Below, in pieces: positions 48,910 to 57,987 of a DNA stretch of 64,000 nucleotides. The stretch's first letter is position 1, and each line of letters starts with the position of its first letter. The translations under genes and the position numbers were made by a program. The stretch lies in NCBI GenBank assembly GCA_018267065.1, contig JAFDZG010000197.1, forward strand, positions 1,486-65,485. Reading direction: 5' to 3'. Source of the stretch: Bacteroidota bacterium (GTDB lineage: Bacteria > Bacteroidota > Bacteroidia > Flavobacteriales_F > PHOS-HE28). The notes under the pieces are model-generated. The model ran no database searches and was not told the DNA's origin. It was given only the letters and a program-made list of their open reading frames with translations.

Positions 48910-51900
48910 ACAGCAGCAAGGCCCATATCATTTGCAAGCACTTGATGGCATGCGTTTTGTTTGCAGGCCAGGCACTGGCAGGCCACGCACAAGGGGGGGA
49001 TAGAGCCTTGCGGGAAAAGGCGGATGCGCTTTTTGACAAGGGCGAATATGCTGCAGCCGGACCGCTGTACTCCCAACTGGTAAGCCTTTCCCCCCAGGAT
49101 TATGACCTTAATTTCAGGTATGGCACCGCAACGATCTTCAGTGGTGAGGACAAATCGAACGCCATTGGTTACCTGAAGTTTGCCGTCCAAGGTCCCTCCA
49201 CCAATGTGCTCGCCTGGTATTTCCTGGGGCGTGCCTATCAATTGGATTACCGCTTTGATGATGCCATTGAGGCATACCAGCACTTCAAGGGAACCGCCGA
49301 CAAGAAGGTTCTGGCAAAGTTCCCCGTGGATGCCATGGAGCAGCAATGCAGGAACGGGAAATACCTGCTTTCCAACCTCAAGGACATTGAGGTGCTCAAC
49401 AAGGTGGAGGTTGCCAGTACGGATTTCTTCCGGTTCTATGACCTCAGCGACATCGGGGGGAAGATCGTGGTGACCCCGGAAGAACTGCTGACCAGTTTGG
49501 ACCGCAGGAACGGAGGTCAATCACTGGTCTATTTGCCTACCAACGGAGGCCCCATTTATTTCAGCAGCTACGGCAAGGAAGGTAAAACAGGAAAGGACAT
49601 CTACCGGACTGAGCTGCTGCCCTCCGGTGGATTCAGCACCCCGGTAAGACTTGCTGGGTACATCAATACGGACCAGGATGAGGACTACGCGGTGATGGGC
49701 CCGGATGGCAAAACGTTCTATTTCTGCAGCAAGGGGCACAACAGCATGGGCGGCTATGACGTGTTCAAGAGCAGTTATGACAAGGGGATGGACACCTTCA
49801 GTGCGCCGGAAAACATGGATTTTGCGGTGAACACCCCGGCGGATGAACTACTGTACATCGTGGGCCCGGACGGCAAACAAGCCTGCTTTGCCAGCGACCG
49901 GGACAGCAAACAGGGGATGGTGAACGTGTACCGCGTTGGAACACGGCAGACGCCCATCAACATCACCATTTTCAAGGGTACTTATGCTTCAGCCTTTGAT
50001 GCGAATGACAGGAAGGCCCATATTGTTGTTGAAGATGGACAGACCAGGGAACGCGTGGCCGACGTAAGGACTGACATCAATGGAAGCTACTTGTTGGCCC
50101 TGCCGCACGGGGGCACGTATAAGTTCCTTGTGGAAGGCGGACCCAGTGGGCTGGCACACTTCCAGAGCGTGGACGTGCCGTCCAACGAAAACCCGAAGGT
50201 GTACCGGCAGGAGATCCAATTGTTGAACCAGGGCGGGGAACAACTGGTGATCAAGAACTACTTCGACGAACCGCTGGATGCCGATGTAATGGCGCTGGCC
50301 ATGGGCGAGATAAAGCGACGGGCCAAGTTGGACATCACCGGAAACAAAGCCGCCGAACCGATCGCCCAACAGACGTCCGGGGCTGACCCGCTGCAGGCTG
50401 CGGGCTTTGACGGAACCCAAACGCTTCCGCAAGTGGTGGAAATGGCGAACAAGAACGCCAGCGACCTGAATGACTTGGCCAAGGCGCAGGAGCAGCAATC
50501 CAACACCGCCTACGAGATGGCCTTGCGCAATGTTGCCGATGCCGAGGATCGCTCCACGCGCGCCAAGGAGTTGGTGAAGCAGGCGGAAGGCAAGGATGCA
50601 AGCGGGAAGGACAACTTGATGCGCCAGGCCGCGGAAGCCAAACAACTGAGCCAGGAAGCCAACGAACGCGCCAGGGCCGCATACCGCACCGCGGTGGAGA
50701 TGGGCCAAGCCCGCATGGGCACGCAACAGCGCGCCGCAGCTGCGGACAAAGTGGCGCTTGCGATCACGACGGCCCAGCAGGCTGGTGACAACGCCGCACT
50801 GACCGCCGCCTTGGTGGAACTCAAGGCAGCGATGGACAGGGAGAAAGGACCCAAGGCCACCTTGGACGAAGTGGAACGTACCAGAAGGGCAGCAACAGAG
50901 GCACAGGCAGAGGCCACGCGGAAATTGAACCAAGCAAACGCCCAACGGGATGAAGAGTCCCAATTGAGGGACCGCGTGAACCGGATGGCCCGCGACATTG
51001 AAACTGCAAAAGGAGGCCGGAAACAGGACCTTGTGCGCCAACACGATGAACTCAAGGGCCAGCTCACCGCCATGCATGAGGAGGTTGAAGAGCAGTTTGC
51101 CAAGGCACGCAGCGGAGAGGCGGATGCCGCATTGGCAAGGGGACAGGCGGCCCTGGTGAGGTATTTGGGCAATGACCCTGCCTTGAGCGCATCGGCGATC
51201 GTTGCCAAAGGGGACATTGATGGTTTGTCCCAACGCATGGCCACCGTCCGGTCAGGCAATGATGCCCTTGTGATCGATCCGCAGTATGGGCAGATCTCCT
51301 CGCTTTCCGCAGAGGAAATGGAGCGGCGCACCTTCGACTGGAAAGCCTATGAACCCACTGCTGCAGTGCCGCGCCAAGCCACTCAATCCGTAGCCCAAGC
51401 ATCATCCGGCCAAGACGGTGCAAGGCAAAACGATGCAGCACGTACGGTCAATACTGGTGCGGGCGTATCATCGGGCACGTCCGGTTCCGGAACGGACCTT
51501 CTTGCAAACATGGGGCAAGGGGTGGCCAATCAAGCGGACAAAGGTGCTTCCTTGGAAAAGGGCGCAACAGGTTCAGATGCGGGAAAGCCGGACATCGCAA
51601 ATGGTGCCAGGGAGGAGGAGAACATCGGGCAATCCCCGCAAAATAGCGGTGCATTGGCTGGTGGCAAAGGCTTGGCCACCGGTAAGGACAGCGCTTCATC
51701 CGCAGATTCCGCAGGCAACGTGCAGGCAACGGATCAATCCGCCACCAAGGGAGCCGTCAGTACGGCGGGTGTGCCCGAACCGGGAATTGCAAATGACAAG
51801 GTGGCTGCTACCGGTAAGGGCACAACCACCGGCATTTCCACTGGACAGGATACGTCTCGTACAGGATCTGGTGATCAACAAAATGCCGCCGCGGCCATCT

Positions 51901-54900
51901 CCAGTGGCCTAGATCAGGGAGGCGAAGGCACCAGTGAAACTGCCAAGGGTGATGAGAACACGGGCAATGCCGCAGCCCAGGCCACCAGCAGGGATGAACA
52001 GGCCTTCCTGCTCGCGAACAAACTTGCGGAACTGGAGCAGTTGCGCCATGGCGAAAAGGATAAACGCACGCGTGACAGCCTGGATGCGGCAATCAAGGAC
52101 CAACGCGCACTGATCGCGACGTACAAAGCAGGGGGAACGGCAGGTTCCGCCATTACGCAGCCAGTTGCCAATGCAGAGGTAACGCCCGTGGTTTACCAGC
52201 CCCTGGACTATGACCCGGCCTTGATGAACGAACAGCTTGCGGAGGAAGCCTATCCGGGCTTTGCCATGCGGAGAAAAGCCATCACGGACGGGCCAGGTAG
52301 CGCCATGGACAAGGCGAACATGCTGCACGCGTTGGAAATGGACCTTGTTGACAGCATCGATGCGCGCATGTCCGGCCGGGTGGCGGAGCTGGATGCCAAT
52401 CCCGATCGCGCAGATTCCATACTTCCGGAGCTGGACCGGTGGCGCCAAGTGAAGAGCGTGCACATCCAACAGGCTGCGGATGCCTTGGCCCAAGTGGACC
52501 AGACCTATGCGGCATCAGAGACCAAGGCATTGGAAGACGCACAAATGATCGCGGCCCCTCCGACGGACACCCACGCCACCCAAGCAAGCCGCCCCACCTC
52601 CCCGCACAACGATTCATACATCACCGTTGAACCGGACATGGAGAAGATCTATTCCAGTTCAATGGTACCCCGCTCGCGAAAGGATGCGGAGGCAATTGCT
52701 TCCAAGGATGAGGAATTGGCCAAGGGAGCCGCCATCCAAGCGGACATAGACAGCATGGAGCAGGTCCTGGCCGGCATGCCGGCAGGCAAGGCCTATGACA
52801 AATTGCGCGAGCGTACCGACCGTATGATCGACGACCTGTTGATCAGCAATGTGGACTTGGGGCAACGCACGGCTTTCATTAGCAGGAGCGAGTTCGATGC
52901 CATGCGTGACAGTGCCGGCGTGCTCGAAAAAGCATTGGCAAAGAAGGGGCTTCCACCTGATGAACCACTGTTGCAAATGATCAAGGCCTTCCGGGGATCG
53001 GCGGATGCGGCCATGGCAAGGGCCAAAGAAATCCGCAAGAGCGCAGACAGGTCTGAAGATGCCTTGAAGCGGAATTCACAGTACCGCCAAGCCTATGCGG
53101 AGGAATTGGGCGCTTTACGGGAAATGGACCGTTCCTTGACGGTGGGCAATTGGCTCCTTGGAGGTAGATCGGTGCCGGGTGAATCATTGAGCTATGAGGA
53201 AATCGAGGCCAGGATGTTCCCGGAGGCATTTGCGACAGTTGGAAAGCACGACCGGGAAAAGGCGCCCGCTGTACCGGCCGGAAAGCAGAACGAACAAACT
53301 GCGTTGACGGACACAGCACCGAAAGGCCCGGACAATGTGCAGGTTGAAGTTCGACGGGACTCCGTAATACCGGGCCGGTTGGAGCAGCACGCAGCCGCCC
53401 CCGTGCCGGTGGTGGCCGTTGGCCGGGAAACTGCTGACAGCGTCTTGTTGTCAGGATACCTTGACAAATATTACTACCTCACACCAAGTGAACGCGCCCA
53501 AGTGATGGGTGGGGATGAAGAGCGGAGATACTTCCTCATGAAGGGGGGCTCCATGGAAAAGCAGGGCAATGCCGAAGCTGCACGCAATGACGCCGAAGGA
53601 AGCGCTGCCCTTGCCAGCAACTTGAAGGCAGAGGCCGTAAAACTGCGTTCTTCCCAAAGTGCTTCGGCAAGTGATGGAGCAGCTGGCAAGGCCTCCTTGT
53701 TGGAAACCCGGGCAGATGGACTTCAGCACCGGGCTGACTCCTTGATGGGCGTTTCAAAACGCCTGCTGGAAATGGCCTCCACCGATGATGCACAGGCAGC
53801 AGCATTGATGCAGGCCATGACCCCGGAGCGCTCCGCGGCCATCATGGGCCTGGAGCAAGGCAAGCGCAGGACGGAGCCGGTGCTGGCACGCACACGCCCG
53901 GATCGGACCGTAGCCATGCCGCATGATTCCCTTGCTTCAGTCACGGAAGGGAAATCCGATGCACTTGCAAGCGGGACGCACCAGTTGGGCGGAAAAGTTC
54001 AGGAGATCCCCAAGGCTGCGGAACCGGAGGGGTTGCCCCCCGCATCCTCCGGGAGCGCGCCGTTCACCGGTCCGCTCACACGGGATGTGTTTGCCTTTTC
54101 CCCTGCATCCACCCCGCGCACAGGCCCGATCACCATTGATGCCCCGATGCCCACCGGCATCGTTTTCAAGGTGCAAGTGGGTGCGTTCCGCAAGCCGTTG
54201 CCTAGCGATGCATTCAGTGATATGGCGCCCTTGGCCGGGGAACGTGCAGGGAACGGATTGGTGCGTTACACGGCAGGTCTGTTCACAAGTGCGGAAAGCG
54301 CCGCGCAGGCTAGCGCCAAGGTGCGCGCCCGCGGGTACAGGGATGCTTTCGTTGCCGCATACATGGACGGCAAGCGCGTTCCCCTGCGGGTAGCGATGCA
54401 GGCATTCGCCGCGCAGGGAACCATCAAGTCCGCCGCCACGCCGGCAACCGTTCCGGCAGCCGTGGCAGCCGCACCCGTGCAAGTTGCCGCCGTGCAGTTG
54501 CCCGAAGCCACCGCCACGGAATCGGTCTTGGCCAACTATCCGTCCACGGCTGACGCAGTATTGGCGGAGTTCAAGCCGGCGGCCAATGCATCGGAATATT
54601 ACAATGACCCCAAGGCGGCACCTGCAAAGCAGGTGGAAATGGTCAAAGGCCTGTTCTTTACGGTACAGGTTGGGGTGTACAGCAAGCCCACCGCGTTGGA
54701 CAAACTGTTTAACATCACCCCGTTGAACAGCGAACGCACCCCCAACGACAAGATCAGGTACACTACCGGCATTTATCTGGATGAGGGCAAAGCCTTGGCG
54801 GGGAAGGGCGTGGCGGTTACCAAGGGAGTTACGGACGCCTTCGTTACTGCCTACTTGAACGGCAAACGCATTCCGGTGCGGGATGCAAGGGCATTGCTCG

Positions 54901-54950
54901 GCAAGTTCGGCAGGAACATACTGGCCGACCCCGCCCTGGCAACACCTTGA
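48906..54950 (+). CDS. 2014-aa multidomain envelope protein: signal peptide, TPR repeats, TolB/WD40-like beta-propeller, ~900-aa A/Q/E/K/G/S/T-rich low-complexity/coiled-coil linker, and two C-terminal SPOR (peptidoglycan-binding) domains
   Basis: The TPR part is …LAWYFLGRAYQLDYRFDDAIEAYQHF…. The propeller part is …PDGKTFYFCSKGHNSMGGYDVFKS…GPDGKQACFASDRDS…. The SPOR domains are …GIVFKVQVGAFRKPLPSDAFSDMAPLAGE…RYTAGLF… and …GLFFTVQVGVYSKPTALDKLFNITPLNSE…RYTTGIY…. The ORF track extends upstream to 48525; the ATG at 48906 overlaps the plsY stop (ATGA). Confidence 0.75.
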   Translation: MNSSKAHIICKHLMACVLFAGQALAGHAQGGDRALREKADALFDKGEYAAAGPLYSQLVSLSPQDYDLNFRYGTATIFSGEDKSNAIGYLKFAVQGPSTNVLAWYFLGRAYQLDYRFDDAIEAYQHFKGTADKKVLAKFPVDAMEQQCRNGKYLLSNLKDIEVLNKVEVASTDFFRFYDLSDIGGKIVVTPEELLTSLDRRNGGQSLVYLPTNGGPIYFSSYGKEGKTGKDIYRTELLPSGGFSTPVRLAGYINTDQDEDYAVMGPDGKTFYFCSKGHNSMGGYDVFKSSYDKGMDTFSAPENMDFAVNTPADELLYIVGPDGKQACFASDRDSKQGMVNVYRVGTRQTPINITIFKGTYASAFDANDRKAHIVVEDGQTRERVADVRTDINGSYLLALPHGGTYKFLVEGGPSGLAHFQSVDVPSNENPKVYRQEIQLLNQGGEQLVIKNYFDEPLDADVMALAMGEIKRRAKLDITGNKAAEPIAQQTSGADPLQAAGFDGTQTLPQVVEMANKNASDLNDLAKAQEQQSNTAYEMALRNVADAEDRSTRAKELVKQAEGKDASGKDNLMRQAAEAKQLSQEANERARAAYRTAVEMGQARMGTQQRAAAADKVALAITTAQQAGDNAALTAALVELKAAMDREKGPKATLDEVERTRRAATEAQAEATRKLNQANAQRDEESQLRDRVNRMARDIETAKGGRKQDLVRQHDELKGQLTAMHEEVEEQFAKARSGEADAALARGQAALVRYLGNDPALSASAIVAKGDIDGLSQRMATVRSGNDALVIDPQYGQISSLSAEEMERRTFDWKAYEPTAAVPRQATQSVAQASSGQDGARQNDAARTVNTGAGVSSGTSGSGTDLLANMGQGVANQADKGASLEKGATGSDAGKPDIANGAREEENIGQSPQNSGALAGGKGLATGKDSASSADSAGNVQATDQSATKGAVSTAGVPEPGIANDKVAATGKGTTTGISTGQDTSRTGSGDQQNAAAAISSGLDQGGEGTSETAKGDENTGNAAAQATSRDEQAFLLANKLAELEQLRHGEKDKRTRDSLDAAIKDQRALIATYKAGGTAGSAITQPVANAEVTPVVYQPLDYDPALMNEQLAEEAYPGFAMRRKAITDGPGSAMDKANMLHALEMDLVDSIDARMSGRVAELDANPDRADSILPELDRWRQVKSVHIQQAADALAQVDQTYAASETKALEDAQMIAAPPTDTHATQASRPTSPHNDSYITVEPDMEKIYSSSMVPRSRKDAEAIASKDEELAKGAAIQADIDSMEQVLAGMPAGKAYDKLRERTDRMIDDLLISNVDLGQRTAFISRSEFDAMRDSAGVLEKALAKKGLPPDEPLLQMIKAFRGSADAAMARAKEIRKSADRSEDALKRNSQYRQAYAEELGALREMDRSLTVGNWLLGGRSVPGESLSYEEIEARMFPEAFATVGKHDREKAPAVPAGKQNEQTALTDTAPKGPDNVQVEVRRDSVIPGRLEQHAAAPVPVVAVGRETADSVLLSGYLDKYYYLTPSERAQVMGGDEERRYFLMKGGSMEKQGNAEAARNDAEGSAALASNLKAEAVKLRSSQSASASDGAAGKASLLETRADGLQHRADSLMGVSKRLLEMASTDDAQAAALMQAMTPERSAAIMGLEQGKRRTEPVLARTRPDRTVAMPHDSLASVTEGKSDALASGTHQLGGKVQEIPKAAEPEGLPPASSGSAPFTGPLTRDVFAFSPASTPRTGPITIDAPMPTGIVFKVQVGAFRKPLPSDAFSDMAPLAGERAGNGLVRYTAGLFTSAESAAQASAKVRARGYRDAFVAAYMDGKRVPLRVAMQAFAAQGTIKSAATPATVPAAVAAAPVQVAAVQLPEATATESVLANYPSTADAVLAEFKPAANASEYYNDPKAAPAKQVEMVKGLFFTVQVGVYSKPTALDKLFNITPLNSERTPNDKIRYTTGIYLDEGKALAGKGVAVTKGVTDAFVTAYLNGKRIPVRDARALLGKFGRNILADPALATP

Positions 54951-54968
54951 AGGAGGTCTTATCTTTGC

Positions 54969-55265
54969 ATGCGGTTGAAGCCAATTTTGATGCAACGAAG
55001 ACAAGGTGAACGGGAAGAATTGGCAGGAGCAGTGCTGGATGCCGTCTCCAGGGAGATCATCCTGCACAACGATGATGTCAACACGTTTGAACATGTCATC
55101 GTGAGCTTGATGGAGATCTGCGACCATGATCCCCATCAGGCCGAGCAATGCGCATGGCTGGTGCATTACAAAGGCCGGTGCAGCGTGAAGCGTGGCGATT
55201 TCGCCACCTTGCGGCCCCTATGCCAGGCACTTTGTGATCGGGGCTTATCTGCGGACATCCAATGA
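54969..55265 (+). CDS. clpS: ATP-dependent Clp protease adaptor ClpS
   Basis: …IILHNDDVNTFEHVIVSLMEICDHDPHQAEQCAWLVHYKGRCSVKRGDFA… matches ClpS. Confidence 0.85.
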   Translation: MRLKPILMQRRQGEREELAGAVLDAVSREIILHNDDVNTFEHVIVSLMEICDHDPHQAEQCAWLVHYKGRCSVKRGDFATLRPLCQALCDRGLSADIQ

Positions 55266-56068
55266 AAAAAGTTGCAACGAGAAGGCTGGCCGCTCTTATG
55301 CTGTTGGCCTTCCTGGCCGCTTGTGCAAAGGTGCCGATCACGGGAAGAAGGCAGCTGAACCTGCTTCCGGAAAGTGAAATGATGGGCATGAGCCTCACCG
55401 AGTACCAGGGCTTCCTAAAAGAGCATCCACCGCTTCCGGCCACCGATCCCCGCGTGGAAATGGTGCGGAAGATCGGTGGGCGCTTGGCAAAGGCGGCCAC
55501 CGACTACCTGAATGAAAATGGGGCGGGGGACCGTGTGGCGGGCTTCAATTGGGAATTCAACGTGGTTGATGACCCCACGGTGAATGCATGGTGCATGCCC
55601 GGCGGCAAGGTGGTGGTGTACACCGGGTTGCTGCCGGTTACGAAGGATGAAGCCAGCTTGGCACTGGTGATGGGCCATGAGATCGCGCATGCCATCGCCC
55701 GGCACGGCAACGAGCGGATGAGCCAGGCCATGGCTGCCCAAGGAGCGGGAATGACGCTGCAGGTATTGGCTTCAGAGAAACCTTCCACTGCTAGCAACCT
55801 GTTCCTGCAAGCTTTTGGCATAGGAAGCCAATTGGGCCTGCTGGCCTATGGCCGCAAGCAGGAAAGCGAAGCGGACAAGATGGGACTGGTGTTCATGGCC
55901 ATGGGCGGCTATGATCCCCGCGTGGCACCCGCGTTCTGGCAAAGAATGTCGGCCCAAGGAGGCGCCAAGCCCCCGGAGATCCTCAGTACACACCCCAGCG
56001 ATGAGCGGAGGATCCACGACCTGGAAGCTTTCATGCCGGAGGCATTGAAGTATTACAAGCCGCGTTGA
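55262..56068 (+). CDS. M48-family zinc metallopeptidase lipoprotein
   Basis: The lipobox is …LLAFLAAC…. The zinc motif is …LALVMGHEIAHAIARHG… (HExxH). Its start overlaps the clpS stop (ATGA). Confidence 0.8.
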   Translation: MKKVATRRLAALMLLAFLAACAKVPITGRRQLNLLPESEMMGMSLTEYQGFLKEHPPLPATDPRVEMVRKIGGRLAKAATDYLNENGAGDRVAGFNWEFNVVDDPTVNAWCMPGGKVVVYTGLLPVTKDEASLALVMGHEIAHAIARHGNERMSQAMAAQGAGMTLQVLASEKPSTASNLFLQAFGIGSQLGLLAYGRKQESEADKMGLVFMAMGGYDPRVAPAFWQRMSAQGGAKPPEILSTHPSDERRIHDLEAFMPEALKYYKPR

Positions 56069-56132
56069 GGAATCGGCATTATATTCGCGCCCGCTTTCAA
56101 CAGTGTACTCCTCTGTCTGAAGGTCGTTCATT

Positions 56133-56206
56133 GCACTCGTAGCTCAATTGGATAGAGCACCTGACTACGGATCAGGAGGTTTGGGGTTCGACTCCCTACG
56201 AGTGCA
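56133..56206 (+). tRNA. tRNA-Arg (anticodon ACG); CCA not encoded
   Basis: Cloverleaf folded by hand: acceptor GCACTCG/CGAGTGC, D-arm GCTC-AATTGGATA-GAGC, anticodon arm CCTGA-CTACGGA-TCAGG, T-arm TGGGG-TTCGACT-CCCTA, discriminator A. Confidence 0.85.
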
Positions 56207-56264
56207 CACCTTCAAAAGCCCTTCAACGCAAGTTGGGGGGCTTTTTGCATCCGGCCCCCAAGCC

Positions 56265-56657
56265 TCAGAACAACTCGTTCACCTCTATGAAATTGAAGCG
56301 CATGGGGAAGAGGCTTTGATAGTCCTTTCCCGCTTCCACCATTTCTTCATCCCCGGTCTCGAAGTGCCAATTCACCTGCACTTCCCGGCCATGGTCCTTG
56401 GCGGCGCTCAACTTGTCAAAGATGTTGTAGAAATGCTTGCTGCTGCTGGTGTCCAAGTAATCCAAGCGCATGTTCACGGTGGTGCGCTCACGGGGTTCCT
56501 TCAAATATTCCTCCAGCCACCGGTACACACGGTCGTAAAACTGCTCACTGTTGGCAGGCAATGAACGCCCGATAAATTCTATGGTGCCCAATTCCAGGTC
56601 CATTTCAATCCCCGGCGACGTGGCCGTTCGGTCAATGTGCATGTGTTTGATCGCCAT
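56265..56657 (-). CDS. DUF1987 / SiaC-family regulatory phosphoprotein-like protein
   Basis: …TATSPGIEMDLELGTIEFIGRSLPANSEQFYDRVYRWLEEYL…VNMRLDYLDTSSSKHFYNIF…VNWHFETGDEEMVEAG… is a typical DUF1987. It is an orphan with no SiaA/B/D nearby. The start is uncertain (56657 vs 56681). Confidence 0.65.
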   Translation of the reverse strand: MAIKHMHIDRTATSPGIEMDLELGTIEFIGRSLPANSEQFYDRVYRWLEEYLKEPRERTTVNMRLDYLDTSSSKHFYNIFDKLSAAKDHGREVQVNWHFETGDEEMVEAGKDYQSLFPMRFNFIEVNELF

Positions 56658-56816
56658 GGTCCTGGGAGCGTATGGGACCAAAGTAGATTCATCCTGAAGC
56701 AGCTTTGCTGCCTAAGGCCGTTCAATTTGAACAACGATGCGTGAATGGACGGGCCGGACTTTGGGCAAGGATTTGCCTGCCGGCCTTTGGGGCGGCAACC
56801 AGATTGGTAAGGCAAG

Positions 56817-57218
56817 TTATTTGCCGTGGTAGGCGCTGGCTATTTCCCCATCACTGGGGAGAATGACCTCCGTGTCATTCACCCGGCGCGCCCAGTACAT
56901 GTATTTCCCCGTGCCATGGCAGGCAAATGCGGTCATTGAGGCACCCCCTTCCAGCGCTTTCACCGGAAAGGTCCGCCAAGTGCCATTAGCTTCCTGCACG
57001 GCCACTTTCACTTCCATCATTTCGCCGCATACGTTCTTCAGGTCCACTTGGTACACACCGCTGTAGTCGCGCTTGTACCCTTTGTAGTCCTCGCAACTTT
57101 CGCACGGCTTGCCCCAGCTGCTGGAGGCCTTTACCAGGCAATCCGCATAGGACTGGTCTTGTGCTTGTGCAGGGGCAAGGCACCAAACGGCAAGCATGGT
57201 CATCAAGAAGTACCGCAT
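56817..57218 (-). CDS. Small secreted Cys-containing hypothetical protein (signal MRYFLMTMLAVWCLAPAQAQ)
   Basis: ORF. Its start codon shares one nucleotide with the stop of the upstream TPR gene (TGATG). Confidence 0.5.
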   Translation of the reverse strand: MRYFLMTMLAVWCLAPAQAQDQSYADCLVKASSSWGKPCESCEDYKGYKRDYSGVYQVDLKNVCGEMMEVKVAVQEANGTWRTFPVKALEGGASMTAFACHGTGKYMYWARRVNDTEVILPSDGEIASAYHGK

Positions 57219-57748
57219 CATTTGCACTTGTTGTTGGTCAGGATGATCTTGGCTTCGGCGTTACCCATTTTGCGGCTTGCCTTCCAGTCCCCGCAGGCAC
57301 CTTCGGCATCTCCGAGTGCTTTCTTGGCCCACCCCCGGTTGTTGTAGGCTTCCTGGTTTTTGGGATCCAGTTGAAGGACCCGGTTGAAGTCCTGGATGGC
57401 AAGGTCCGGTTTGCCCAGCTTGTTGTAGGCACTTCCCCGGCTGGTGTACGCCCACAAATGGTCGTTTTTCCGTTTTATCACGGCGCTGAAATCATCCACG
57501 GCTGCCTGGTACTCGCGCTGAAGGCTATGGCAGAATCCGCGCTGCAGGTAGGCGTTGAGGTATTCCGGGTCGCTGGCCAGCACTTGGGTGTAAAGGTCAA
57601 TGGCTTGCGGATAGGCACCGTTCCGGTACGCCGCTTCTCCTTTGTGGAAAAGCTCGTCCAAGGCCTTCTCATCCGGTGTTCCGGTGCTTTGGGCGTGCCC
57701 GGTGCAGGCCAGGAGCAGCAAGGCTGCGATAAAGGTGTAAGTTCTCAT
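57218..57748 (-). CDS. Secreted tetratricopeptide-repeat protein
   Basis: Signal MRTYTFIAALLLLACTGHAQ. TPR units …AYRNGAYPQAIDLYTQVLASDPEYLNAYLQRGFCH…AYTSRGSAYNKLG…AYNNRGWAKKALGD…. Confidence 0.75.
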   Translation of the reverse strand: MRTYTFIAALLLLACTGHAQSTGTPDEKALDELFHKGEAAYRNGAYPQAIDLYTQVLASDPEYLNAYLQRGFCHSLQREYQAAVDDFSAVIKRKNDHLWAYTSRGSAYNKLGKPDLAIQDFNRVLQLDPKNQEAYNNRGWAKKALGDAEGACGDWKASRKMGNAEAKIILTNNKCK

Positions 57749-57987
57749 TGCTGCGCCGTTGATACGCATGTGGGGGAAAGGGGTTTCATCGCTGGAGGGA
57801 CGTGCGCTGTAACCTAGGTGGGCCTTGTGACGTACAGCGCTTCAAATCCTCCAACGATGAACAAGACGAACAATACGGTTGCCGTTCGGACACTGGTAAT
57901 GGCTGCGATCCTTGTTGTTGGCCTCATTGCCACCATGTTGGCAAAAGGCTTGATCTCCACGGCCGTCCTGGCTTCTTGATCCCGGTA

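Noticed and set aside
49989-55166. Long minus-strand ORFs (49989..51233 414 aa, 50510..51331, 53937..55166 409 aa) and many 60–190-aa ORFs
   Set aside because: They lie in the low-complexity, very GC-rich linker of the SPOR protein. Translations are Ala/Arg/Cys/Pro-rich nonsense with no starts matched to signals.
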